A model generated the notes under the pieces. The model saw only the letters and a list, made by a program, of their open reading frames with translations. It did no database searches and was not told the DNA's origin. The translations under genes and the position numbers were made by a program. Positions 10,527 through 20,259 of a stretch of 46,797 nt of DNA are shown here, in pieces. The stretch's first letter is position 1, and every line of letters starts with the position of its first letter. The stretch lies in assembly GCA_036559825.1 (NCBI GenBank), contig DATBSK010000037.1:1-46797 (forward strand), in the 5' to 3' direction. Source of the stretch: Acidimicrobiia bacterium. GTDB lineage: Bacteria > Actinomycetota > Acidimicrobiia > IMCC26256 > PALSA-555.

Positions 10527-10530
<4 letters not shown>
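9367..10530 (-). CDS. Membrane protein with an N-terminal J-like domain (no HPD) and a C-terminal RDD domain
   Basis: The N-terminus [22 protein letters not shown] ... [15 protein letters not shown] resembles J-domain helices, but no H-P-D tripeptide is present. The middle is acidic ([15 protein letters not shown]). The C-terminus has RDD-type TM segments ([18 protein letters not shown] ... [16 protein letters not shown] ... [12 protein letters not shown]). The GTG start overlaps the glyQS stop. Confidence 0.8.
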
Positions 10531-11852
<1,322 letters not shown>

Positions 11853-11918
11853 AGAAACGTTTGATCGTACTCGGGCCGGTCCTCGCTCCCTCGAGCGAAG
11901 GCCGACCGATGGAGCCTG

Positions 11919-12653
11919 CTAGAGGAGCGCGGCGCTGCGGAGGCGTCGTTCGGAGTGATGCTCCAGTGCCGCGACGGCGAGGCGCTCGACCTCGCGCATC
12001 ACGTCGTCACGGGGTGGGGCGTCGAGCACGCCACGCAGACGGCCTCCGACGACGCGCGCGACGACGGCCAGCGTCTCGGGACGGACGCGCCGACCGCCGA
12101 AGTCGGCGCACCCGGCGCAGACGACACCACCGTCCCCGAGATCGAACGTCGCGAAGGGGCCGGTGTCTGCAGGTGCGTCGCCGCACCGCACGCAGGTGTC
12201 GAGCACGGGGTGGAACCCCTCGAGGGAGAGGAGCTTCCAGAAGAACGCGGCGCTCACGAGCGGTGACGGCTCCTGCGCGAGCGTCTGCAAGGCGCTGGTG
12301 AGCATCCGGTAGAGCGCGGGGTTCGGCTCTCGCTCGAGCGCGACCTGGTCGACGGCTTCGAGCATCGACACGGCATGGGTGAGCGACCTGTAGTGCTCCC
12401 GGAGCGCGCGGTGCGTGTCGATCGTCTCGACCTGGGTGACCACGTCGAGCTCCCGCCCGCGGTAGCACTGGAGCGCCACGTGACTCGCCGGCTCCAGCCG
12501 GGCGCCGAAGCGGCTGCCGGGCTTGCGCACACCCTTGGCGACGGCACGGATCCGGCCGTTCGCGCGGGTGAACAGGGTGACGATGCGGTCGGTCTCCCCG
12601 AGCTTGACGGTGCGGACCACCACCCCCTGATCCCGGTAGAGCCCGCGCTGCAC
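11919..12653 (-). CDS. recO: DNA repair protein RecO
   Basis: LYRDQGVVVRTVKLGETDRIVTLFTRANGRIRAVAKGVRKPGSRFGARLEP, with a C-terminal Cys cluster CVRCG...CAGC. The GTG at 12653 is the first start downstream of the uppS stop. The ORF-track N-terminus overlaps uppS and looks non-coding. Confidence 0.88.
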   Translation of the reverse strand: MQRGLYRDQGVVVRTVKLGETDRIVTLFTRANGRIRAVAKGVRKPGSRFGARLEPASHVALQCYRGRELDVVTQVETIDTHRALREHYRSLTHAVSMLEAVDQVALEREPNPALYRMLTSALQTLAQEPSPLVSAAFFWKLLSLEGFHPVLDTCVRCGDAPADTGPFATFDLGDGGVVCAGCADFGGRRVRPETLAVVARVVGGRLRGVLDAPPRDDVMREVERLAVAALEHHSERRLRSAALL

Positions 12654-12690
12654 GACACGAGTGTAACTACACGCTTGTGTTGCGTCCTCC

Positions 12691-13455
12691 TCACTCGGAG
12701 TCGATGGCCCCGAACCGCCGGGAGCGACCCTGGTACTCGCGGACCGCGGCGAAGAGATCGCCCCTCCGGAAGTCGGGCCAGAGGACGTCCGTGAAGACCA
12801 GCTCGCTGTAGGCCGCCTCCCAGAGCAGGAAGTTCGAGATCCGGAACTCCCCGGACGTCCGCACCAGCACATCGGGATCGGGCATGTCCGACGAGTAGAG
12901 GTGCCGGCGGATGATGCGCTCGTCGACCTTGCGGGGGTCGAGCTTCCGGGCGCGCGCCTCCTCCGCGATCTCGCGCGTCGCGTCCACGAGCTCTGCCCGG
13001 CCCCCGTAGTTGAAGGCGAACGTGAGGGTCATACGCCGGTTCCGCTGCGTGAGCGCCTCCGTCTCCTCGATGTGACGCAACACCCGCCTCGGCACGCGGC
13101 CGCCGCGGCGGCCGATGAACCGCACCCGGACTCCCCGCTCGTCGAGATCGTCGCGGCGCCGCAGCAGCAGCGACTCGTTGAACGCCATGAGGAAGCGCAC
13201 CTCGTCGAGCGGCCGGCGCCAGTTCTCGGTGGAGAAGGCATAGACCGTCATCCACTGGAGTCCGATCTCGAGCGCACCTTCGACGGTGTCGAAGAGCGCC
13301 TCCTCGCCGGCCGCGTGCCCGTCGGTGCGCTTGAGCCCGCGGCGCCGGGCCCACCGGCCGTTGCCGTCCATGACGATCGCCACGTGTCGCGGCACGCGCG
13401 CCAGGTCGATCCCCTCCACCACCAGCGGGAGGCTACCGACTTGCTTCGATACCAT
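12691..13455 (-). CDS. uppS: Isoprenyl (undecaprenyl/decaprenyl-type) diphosphate synthase, cis-prenyltransferase
   Basis: PRHVAIVMDGNGRWARRRGL ... YAFSTENWRRP ... ELVFTDVLWPDF. I chose the ATG at 13455 (MVSKQ) as the start. Confidence 0.9.
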   Translation of the reverse strand: MVSKQVGSLPLVVEGIDLARVPRHVAIVMDGNGRWARRRGLKRTDGHAAGEEALFDTVEGALEIGLQWMTVYAFSTENWRRPLDEVRFLMAFNESLLLRRRDDLDERGVRVRFIGRRGGRVPRRVLRHIEETEALTQRNRRMTLTFAFNYGGRAELVDATREIAEEARARKLDPRKVDERIIRRHLYSSDMPDPDVLVRTSGEFRISNFLLWEAAYSELVFTDVLWPDFRRGDLFAAVREYQGRSRRFGAIDSE

Positions 13456-13463
13456 CCGCCGTC

Positions 13464-14390
13464 GTGGCGGGAGCCTCGACGCGATGGATCGCGGTCGTGA
13501 ACCCGGTCGCAGGGCGGGGTCGAACACGACGTCTGCTCCCCGACCTGCGCGCGGCGCTCGCTCGACACGGCGTCGAGGCGCACGTCGCGACCGACGTCGC
13601 GGATGCGGTCGCGGTCGCGCGCAGAGCGTTCGCCGCGGGAGCCGGGGTCGTCGCGTGCGGCGGCGACGGCACGGTCGCGCTGCTCGCCGGCGTCGCGGCC
13701 GAGTGCGACGGGACGATCGCCATCGTGCCGACAGGGGCGGGCAACGACTTCGCCCGCCACCTCGGCATCGAGCGCCGTCAGCCGCTCGGCGCCGTCGACC
13801 TGCTCGACACCGGGACGATCATCGCGGCGGACCTCGCGCGCGCCTCGACGGCCGACGGTGGCACCGCGTGGTGCACGACGGTCGCGAACACCGGATTCGA
13901 TGCCGACGCGAACCGCTGGGCGAACGGCGTGCGCCTGCTCTCCGGCACTGCGCTCTACGTCGGCGCGGTCCTGCGCACCGTCATGGTCTACCGCCCGCAA
14001 CCGATGATCGTGCGCGTCGACGAGCACGAGTGGCGTGGCCTGGCCTGGCTCGTCGCCGTCGGGAACACCCGTTGTTACGGCGGCGGGATGATGATCGCGC
14101 CCGGTGCCGAGATCGACGACGGCCTCGTCGACGTGTGCGTGATCGGCGCGACACCCGTCACCCGGTTCGTGACGCGCTTCCCCTCGGTCTTCCGCGGCAC
14201 GCACGTCGACGTCGACGACGTGACGATGTTCCGCGGCAAGCAGGTCGAGCTGTGTGGTGCAGGCGCCACGGTCCCGCTCGAGCTCTGGGCGAGCGGTGAG
14301 CGGGTCGGCCGGCTGCCGGGTGCGGTGGAAGTCGTGCCGGGAGCGCTGCGCGTCGTCGCGCCACCCGGCACGCCGGTCACCCGACCGTGA
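13464..14390 (+). CDS. Diacylglycerol-kinase-family lipid kinase (DAGK catalytic domain, YegS/BmrU-like)
   Basis: VVNPVAGRGR ... VVACGGDGTV ... IAIVPTGAGNDFARHLG. The GTG start is only 8 bp from the divergent uppS start. Confidence 0.82.
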   Translation: MAGASTRWIAVVNPVAGRGRTRRLLPDLRAALARHGVEAHVATDVADAVAVARRAFAAGAGVVACGGDGTVALLAGVAAECDGTIAIVPTGAGNDFARHLGIERRQPLGAVDLLDTGTIIAADLARASTADGGTAWCTTVANTGFDADANRWANGVRLLSGTALYVGAVLRTVMVYRPQPMIVRVDEHEWRGLAWLVAVGNTRCYGGGMMIAPGAEIDDGLVDVCVIGATPVTRFVTRFPSVFRGTHVDVDDVTMFRGKQVELCGAGATVPLELWASGERVGRLPGAVEVVPGALRVVAPPGTPVTRP

Positions 14391-15063
14391 TCGTCGCCTG
14401 CATCCCGGCAGCGCGGTGGCCGGGGATCGTGCAGAAGATGACGTAGCTCTTGCCCTTCTGCAGCTCGACCTTTCCGGAATCGTCCGGGGGTACCTTCAGG
14501 ATGAAGCCGGCGAACTTCGGGTCCTCGAAGACGAGGGTGTGCGTACCGCCCTTGTCGTTGTACTTGATCTGGTTGATCCCGGCCTGTGTCGTGAACTCCT
14601 TGGCCTGGAACTTCAGCGACGGGAGCGCGTCGACCTCGACGGTCGCGACCGGCTTGCCCTTCGGCTGCTGATAGCCACCGCCGCCCGCGGCCCCTTTCTC
14701 CTCGCTGGGCCCGAGCGTGACGATGCCTGCCGAGACGATCAGGGCGAGGACGAACGCGACGATCAGCAGCTTCGACGACGTGCGCATCCGCGGCATCGCC
14801 GACATCGCCGCGGCGCCGCCCATGATCGACACCGTGACGATGATCACGATCACGAGCGACCCGGTCTTGCCGCCGGCGAGGAAGACACGCGAGAGGTTCA
14901 GCGTCCAGAGGAGGACGCCGAGAGCCGCGAGGATCGGGAGCGCGATCGGCAGGATCAGCCGGGTGAGGAGCGCCTCCCGCTCCGGGTCGGGCGCCGCCTC
15001 GATCGCGAGCGGCTCGCGCACCTCGGGTGGCGCGTCGGGCACGTCCGTCTCGGTCGTGGTCAT
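14377..15063 (-). CDS. Membrane-anchored cupredoxin (type-1 blue copper protein); last gene of the cta operon
   Basis: Three hydrophobic helices are followed by a cupredoxin fold with a candidate ligand set: H in GGTHTLVF, and C, H, M in FCTIPGHRAAGM. The ATG at 15063 lies 4 nt after the ctaG stop. Confidence 0.8.
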   Translation of the reverse strand: MTTTETDVPDAPPEVREPLAIEAAPDPEREALLTRLILPIALPILAALGVLLWTLNLSRVFLAGGKTGSLVIVIIVTVSIMGGAAAMSAMPRMRTSSKLLIVAFVLALIVSAGIVTLGPSEEKGAAGGGGYQQPKGKPVATVEVDALPSLKFQAKEFTTQAGINQIKYNDKGGTHTLVFEDPKFAGFILKVPPDDSGKVELQKGKSYVIFCTIPGHRAAGMQATITVG

Positions 15064-15067
15064 GAGC

Positions 15068-15928
15068 TCATCCCGAGAGCCCCATGCGCGCCAGCTCCTG
15101 ATCGAGCTCGCGCTGGACGCGCGGCCGCTGCTTGCGCTCCTCGTCCGCCGCCCATCGGAAGAACAATACGGCGATGAGTGCCCACAACAGCATCCCGGCA
15201 CCGATCTTCATGATCAGTCCCGCCATCTGCTGGTCCTCGAGCGTCGACAGACCCCAGAGGTGCGGCAGGCCGACGTAGAACTTGTAGAGCGGCGCGTGCC
15301 CGAACGTCAGGAACGACGCGGGCACCGTCGGCACCACCGACTGCAGGAACAGGTAGACCGCGCGCACCGGCACGGCGAGCCGCGGGATCTCCGGCAACGG
15401 TGAGAGGACCGGCATCCACACGATGAGCGAGGAGAGGAACAGCAGCGCGTGCAACCCGAAGTGCACCGCGCCCGACTCGAGGCTCTCGTTGACGAGCCAC
15501 GGCCAGTGCGTGAGCACGAGCACGACGTTGAACACGATGAGCGCGGGAAGGAACCGCGACAGCTGCCGGACCGCCCGGAACGCGAGGCTCGGTGGTCGCA
15601 GCACCCACCGCGCGAGCCACGCCGGCGTCCCGAGCAGCAGCAGCGGCGCCGCCACCATGGCGAAGAGCAGGTGCTGCACCATGTGCACGCTGTAGTTCAT
15701 GCGCTCGGCGACCACGTGCACCGGCCAGTCGGCGGCGAGCCAGGTCGTGAGCACGCCGAGCACCCAGCACGTGACCTGGAGGCGCGTGGCCGCGGGCTTC
15801 CCGGGCGATGCGAAACGAGGCCCGAGCCGGACGATCGCGATCCCGTAGCCCGCCGCGAGACTTGCGATCAGGAGCCAGACGTCGGGTTGCGGCTCCCAGC
15901 CCGGGACGTGGACCGCGGTGATCGCCAT
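15068..15928 (-). CDS. ctaG: Cytochrome c oxidase assembly factor CtaG (caa3/Bacillus-type membrane protein)
   Basis: A multi-TM protein with WPVHVVAERMNYSVHMVQHLLFAMVAAPLLLLG, typical of the Caa3_CtaG family. It lies directly after ctaF. Confidence 0.8.
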   Translation of the reverse strand: MAITAVHVPGWEPQPDVWLLIASLAAGYGIAIVRLGPRFASPGKPAATRLQVTCWVLGVLTTWLAADWPVHVVAERMNYSVHMVQHLLFAMVAAPLLLLGTPAWLARWVLRPPSLAFRAVRQLSRFLPALIVFNVVLVLTHWPWLVNESLESGAVHFGLHALLFLSSLIVWMPVLSPLPEIPRLAVPVRAVYLFLQSVVPTVPASFLTFGHAPLYKFYVGLPHLWGLSTLEDQQMAGLIMKIGAGMLLWALIAVLFFRWAADEERKQRPRVQRELDQELARMGLSG

Positions 15929-15935
15929 CGCCGGT

Positions 15936-16325
15936 CTAGTTGAACACCGACAGCGACGCGAGGACGATCGCGTAGAGCGTGCATGCCGCGAGCACACCCA
16001 GCACGAAGAAGCGGCGGAAGATCGGCCGGTCGGTCTGCAGGTGCATGTAGTACGCCGCGACGGTCGAGAACTTGATGATCGCCATGATGAGCAGGAGGGT
16101 GACGATCAGGCCGTCGGGGATGTCGCCCTCCGTGTAGGAGACCGCGACCTCGAGCGCGGTCACCGTGACGAGGATCACTGCGATCACGACGTACTTGAAC
16201 GGTGACGGGTGCGGACGCAGCTCGCCGGGGAGCAGGCCGGGCGCGGGCTCCAGCGCGTGCCCGAACTCGCCCCGCGTCACGTCGCCGAGCTCCTCCTCGA
16301 CCCGCTCCACGGTGCCCTCGGCCAC
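15936..16325 (-). CDS. ctaF: Cytochrome c oxidase subunit IV (prokaryotic COX4 type)
   Basis: Small three-TM protein: KYVVIAVILVTVTALEVAVSY ... IKFSTVAAYYMHL. The GTG start is preceded by GGAGAGG. Confidence 0.8.
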   Translation of the reverse strand: MAEGTVERVEEELGDVTRGEFGHALEPAPGLLPGELRPHPSPFKYVVIAVILVTVTALEVAVSYTEGDIPDGLIVTLLLIMAIIKFSTVAAYYMHLQTDRPIFRRFFVLGVLAACTLYAIVLASLSVFN

Positions 16326-16335
16326 GACCTCTCCC

Positions 16336-16986
16336 CTATCTCCCCGGCTGCGGGACGAGGTAGATGACGGTGAAGATCACGATCCACACCACGTCGACGA
16401 AGTGCCAGTAGAGGCCGGCGACCTCGACCCGTTCCGCCTGCGCCGTCGGCAGCCGCTTCTGCATCGAGAGGCCCCAGAGCGACAGCAGCCAGACGATGCC
16501 GATCGTGACGTGCGCGCCGTGGAAGCCCGTGAGGATGAAGAAGCTCGAGCCGAACAGGCTCGTGTCGACGTGGAGACCCTCGCGGCTGAACTCGGTGAAC
16601 TCGAAGATCTGCCCCGCGATGAACGTCGCGCCGAGGAGGGCGGTCGACAGGACCCAGATCTTGAAGCGGCGGTGGTCACCGCGCGGGATCGCCGCGAGCG
16701 CGAGCACCATCGTGAGCGAGCTCATGAGGAGGATGAACGACGTCGCCGATGTGAACGGGATGTCGAAGATCTCCTTCGGGCTCGGCCCGGCCTGGTCGGC
16801 GCGGCCGCGGTAGAGCAGGTACGCGGCGATGAACGCCCCGAAGAAGAGGCAGTCGGACGAGAGGAACAGCCACATCGCGAGCTTGGTGTTCGTGACGCCG
16901 GTCGCGGTGGCGTGCGGATCGTGGCCGTGGCCACCCGCGGTCGCGGGCGGGCCGCCCACCTCGGTGGTCTGCTCGATCGTCGCCAT
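16336..16986 (-). CDS. ctaE: Cytochrome c oxidase subunit III
   Basis: LAMWLFLSSDCLFFGAFIAAY ... FHGAHVTIG ... YWHFVDVVWI. The ATG at 16986 lies 2 nt after the ctaD stop. The longer ORF-track N-terminus overlaps ctaD. Confidence 0.92.
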   Translation of the reverse strand: MATIEQTTEVGGPPATAGGHGHDPHATATGVTNTKLAMWLFLSSDCLFFGAFIAAYLLYRGRADQAGPSPKEIFDIPFTSATSFILLMSSLTMVLALAAIPRGDHRRFKIWVLSTALLGATFIAGQIFEFTEFSREGLHVDTSLFGSSFFILTGFHGAHVTIGIVWLLSLWGLSMQKRLPTAQAERVEVAGLYWHFVDVVWIVIFTVIYLVPQPGR

Positions 16987-16988
16987 GC

Positions 16989-18908
16989 CTAGGACGCCTC
17001 GTCGGTCGCGGGCTCGATGCCCCAGGCATACACGCCGAAGCCGAGCACGAGGACACCGATGAACAGCGGGATCCAGCTCATGAAGACCGCGGCATAGCCC
17101 AGCGGGAGGAGCCCGGCGGCCGCGACGAGGGGGTAGATCGACGGCGACGGCATGTGGATGCCGTGCCCGTCGTGTGACGCGCTGGCCGCCGCGTAGGCGC
17201 CACCGCTCGGCAGCGGCACGAGCCGGCCCTCGTCGTCCTCGGTGTACTTGCGGTGCCACCAGTCGTCGCGGCTCTCGACCTCGGGCACCTCGGCGAAGTT
17301 GTACTCGGGCGGCGGCGACGTGGTCGACCACTCGAGCGTGCGGCCGTCCCACGGGTCGTTACCTGCGACCGCGCCCCGCTTCAGGCCGAGCGACACGATC
17401 ACGTTCACGAGGAACAGCAGCGTCGAGAAGGCGATGATGAAGGCACCGACGGTCACGAGCTGGTTGACACCCTCCCACCCGAGACCGGAGTCGTACCGGT
17501 AGGTGCGCCTCGGCATGCCCCACAGGCCGAGCATGTGCATCGGGAAGAACGTGAGGTTGAACCCGATCAGCATCGTCCAGAAGTTCCACTTCCCGAGCCG
17601 CTCGTTCAGCATGCGGCCGAACACCTTCGGCAGCCAGTAGTAGAGGCCGCCGAACACCGCGAGCATCAGGCCACCGAACAGCACGTAGTGGAAGTGCGCG
17701 ACGACGAAGTACGTGTCGGTCTGCTGGGTGTCTGCGGGGACGATCGAGTGCAGCACACCCGAGAGCCCACCGATCGTGAACATCGCGATGAAGCCCAGCG
17801 AGAAGAGCATCGACGTCGTGAGATGGACCGAGCCCTTCCACACCGTCCCGAGCCAGTTGAAGATCTTCACCCCCGTCGGGATGGCGATGAGCATCGTCGA
17901 GAGCCCGAACGCGGAGATCGCCACCGGCCCGAGACCGGTCGCGAACATGTGGTGCGCCCACACGCCCCAGCCGAGGAAGCCGATCGCGATCCCCGAGAAC
18001 ACGACCACCGCGAAGCCGAACAGCGGCTTGCGCGAGAACACGGGAAGCGTCTCGGACACGATGCCCATTCCGGGCAGGATCAGGATGTACACCTCGGGAT
18101 GCCCGAACAACCAGAAGAGGTGCTGGTAGAGGAGAGGATCACCGCCGAAGTTCGGTTGGAAGAACGTCGCCCCGAAGTTGCGGTCCGTGTACACCATGAT
18201 GAGGGCGACGGTGATGATCGGCATCGCGAAGAGCGTCAGGAACGCGACGACGAGCATCATCCAGACGAAGACCGGCATCCGCATCAACGTCATGCCCGGT
18301 GCCCGCAGGTTCAGGATCGTGACGACGAAGTTGATGGCCGACGTCGTCGACCCGATGCCGAGCATGATCAGCCCGACGGTCCAGAAGTCGGGGCCGCGCC
18401 CGGGCAGGAAGCCCGAGGTGATCGGCGTGCTCGTGAGCGGCGTGTAGCCGAACCACCCGCCGTTGGGCACGCCGTTCACGAACGGCAGGAAGCTCGAGTA
18501 GAGGAACGTCGCGCCCGCGACGATCACCCAGAAGCCGAACGCGTTGAGCCGCGGGAACGCGACGTCGCGCGCACCGATCATGAGCGGCACGAAGTAGTTG
18601 GCGATCCCGACCGCCATCGGCATGCCGACGAGGAACACCATCGTCGTGCCGTGCATCGTGAACAGCTCGTTGTACTGCGCGGCAGTCAGGACCGTGCCGT
18701 TCGCCTGGAACAGCTGGACGCGGATGAGCAGCGCCTCGATGCCCGCCACGACGAAGAAGACGAGCGCGGCGGTCCCGTACATGATGCCGATCTTCTTGTG
18801 GTCGACTGTCGTGAACCAGCTCCAGACGCCGGTCGTCCCCTTCGGGCGTCGCAGGACGAGCGGGCGATGGGTGGTGACGGACTTGACCGCGTCGGCGACC
18901 GTCGTCAT
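16989..18908 (-). CDS. ctaD: Cytochrome c oxidase subunit I
   Basis: 639 aa with canonical heme-copper motifs: WFFGHPEVYILILPGMG-like (LFWLFGHPEVYILILPGMG) and HHMF. Confidence 0.97.
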   Translation of the reverse strand: MTTVADAVKSVTTHRPLVLRRPKGTTGVWSWFTTVDHKKIGIMYGTAALVFFVVAGIEALLIRVQLFQANGTVLTAAQYNELFTMHGTTMVFLVGMPMAVGIANYFVPLMIGARDVAFPRLNAFGFWVIVAGATFLYSSFLPFVNGVPNGGWFGYTPLTSTPITSGFLPGRGPDFWTVGLIMLGIGSTTSAINFVVTILNLRAPGMTLMRMPVFVWMMLVVAFLTLFAMPIITVALIMVYTDRNFGATFFQPNFGGDPLLYQHLFWLFGHPEVYILILPGMGIVSETLPVFSRKPLFGFAVVVFSGIAIGFLGWGVWAHHMFATGLGPVAISAFGLSTMLIAIPTGVKIFNWLGTVWKGSVHLTTSMLFSLGFIAMFTIGGLSGVLHSIVPADTQQTDTYFVVAHFHYVLFGGLMLAVFGGLYYWLPKVFGRMLNERLGKWNFWTMLIGFNLTFFPMHMLGLWGMPRRTYRYDSGLGWEGVNQLVTVGAFIIAFSTLLFLVNVIVSLGLKRGAVAGNDPWDGRTLEWSTTSPPPEYNFAEVPEVESRDDWWHRKYTEDDEGRLVPLPSGGAYAAASASHDGHGIHMPSPSIYPLVAAAGLLPLGYAAVFMSWIPLFIGVLVLGFGVYAWGIEPATDEAS

Positions 18909-18936
18909 CGGTCCTCGCTCGCTCTGCCGCGCCGGT

Positions 18937-20091
18937 TCACTTCAGCTCCAGCAGGTAGTCGGCGAGGGCCTCCGCCTCGGCGCGCGTCATCACGGGGTAC
19001 CCGGGCGGCGTGTCCTCGGTGAACGACGGCATCCCGACGCACATGGGCCGTTCCGGCAACCGGCAGTTCTCGGACTCCATGGGGATCATCGACGGCGCGT
19101 TCAGGATCCACCGGACGAGGTTCGCGCGCGTGAGCTCGTAGTACCCGCTCGCGAACGTGGTCCGACTCGCGAGGTGCGTCAGGTTCGGGCCGTACACGCT
19201 GATGCTCGAGTCCTCGGTGGTGTGGCAGTTCGTGCACTGGAACTTCTTGGTGAACAGGCCAGTGGCCTCGCCTGCGTCCGAGAGGGGCACGGCCGGACCC
19301 TCGACCTGGCCGTCGACCCACTGCTGGAACTCGTCGGGCGACTGCGCGATGACACGGAAGCGCATGTTCGCATGCGAGAGGCCGCAGTACTCCGCGCACT
19401 GCCCGAGGTAGGTGCCCGGCCGGTCGGTGCGGAGCTTCATGGTGTTGTGCAGCCCGGGCACGACGTCCCGCTTCCCCGTGAGCTCTGGCACCCAGAAGCT
19501 GTGGATCACGTTGCAGTTCGGCCGGGTGCCGGTGGTTCCGAGTGAGTCGTCACAGGCCTCGAGCTTGAGCTTGACGTCGCGCCCGGTCGGGATGTGGAGC
19601 TCGTCGGCCGTGACGATCTTCCGGTCGATCCCGGCCTGCTTCCCGTAGTCGAACTGCCACCACCACTGCTTGCCGACGACGGTGACCTCGAGCGGGTTCG
19701 CGGGCTCCTCGGCGAGGTCGAAGATGAGCGCCACCGTCGGCACGGCGATGACGGCGAGGATGAGCGCCGGGATCAGCGTCCAGCCGATCTCGAGCGGCGT
19801 GTTGCCGTGCAGTTGCTTGGGCCGGTCGTCGGCGCCCTTGCGGTGACGGAAGCGCACTGCGACGAAGATCGTCGCCCCGAGGATGAACACCCCGACGGCG
19901 ACCGCGACCCAGAAGATCGGCGTGAAGAGGTTGTCGATGTCCTTCGCGTAGGTGCCCTTGGGGCGAAGGGGGTTCTGCCCGTTCTCGGGGCCCGACTCGG
20001 TCGAGCACGCGGCGAGGGCCAGGGTGAGCGCCGCGAGAGCCGCCATCCACCATGTCCGACGGCGGGCCCGACGGATGCTGTGGTGTGTCAT
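18937..20091 (-). CDS. ctaC: Cytochrome c oxidase subunit II with a fused C-terminal cytochrome c domain (caa3 type); lipoprotein signal
   Basis: LALAAC lipobox. CuA site HSFWVPE ... CAEYCGLSHANM. Heme-c site CTNCH followed by GPNLTH. The ATG at 20091 is preceded by GGGGAG. Confidence 0.93.
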   Translation of the reverse strand: MTHHSIRRARRRTWWMAALAALTLALAACSTESGPENGQNPLRPKGTYAKDIDNLFTPIFWVAVAVGVFILGATIFVAVRFRHRKGADDRPKQLHGNTPLEIGWTLIPALILAVIAVPTVALIFDLAEEPANPLEVTVVGKQWWWQFDYGKQAGIDRKIVTADELHIPTGRDVKLKLEACDDSLGTTGTRPNCNVIHSFWVPELTGKRDVVPGLHNTMKLRTDRPGTYLGQCAEYCGLSHANMRFRVIAQSPDEFQQWVDGQVEGPAVPLSDAGEATGLFTKKFQCTNCHTTEDSSISVYGPNLTHLASRTTFASGYYELTRANLVRWILNAPSMIPMESENCRLPERPMCVGMPSFTEDTPPGYPVMTRAEAEALADYLLELK

Positions 20092-20153
20092 CTCCCCGGA
20101 TGTTCCCCCGGCTCGCGATGCTGTGCCCACGACTCCCGCTGGTCGCTCGCTAC

Positions 20154-20174
20154 GGCGGCGGGTTACCCGCCGCC
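20154..20174 (-). terminator. Perfect 9-bp GC hairpin between era and ctaC (candidate intrinsic terminator or processing site)
   Basis: ggcggcggg-tta-cccgccgcc lies about 85 nt downstream of the era stop and about 60 nt upstream of the ctaC start. There is no U-tract. Confidence 0.4.
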
Positions 20175-20259
20175 GCTCACGCTCGCTCCCCGTGCGCGTC
20201 GGCACTCTATCCCCGGGAATTCCGGGCCCAGCAACTCGTGGATCGGACCCGGATGAGCC

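Noticed and set aside
14377-15201. Upstream in-frame extensions offered by the ORF track for several genes: 14377-15201, 15068-15997, 16336-17352, 18937-20205, 24641-25609, 29514-31397 and 34119-35891.
   Set aside because: The extensions overlap the preceding conserved gene and translate to Arg/Ser/Pro-rich junk. In most cases an internal start sits a few nucleotides after the upstream stop and gives a normal-length protein. The exception is 29514-31397, where I placed the start at an SD-preceded CTG.
20205-20240. A near-palindrome ccccgggaattccgggcc between era and ctaC, as a possible operator.
   Set aside because: The arms are imperfect (ccgggaa versus cccggaa) and there is only one copy. 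The neighbouring perfect 9-bp hairpin (20154-20174) is the better-supported structure.
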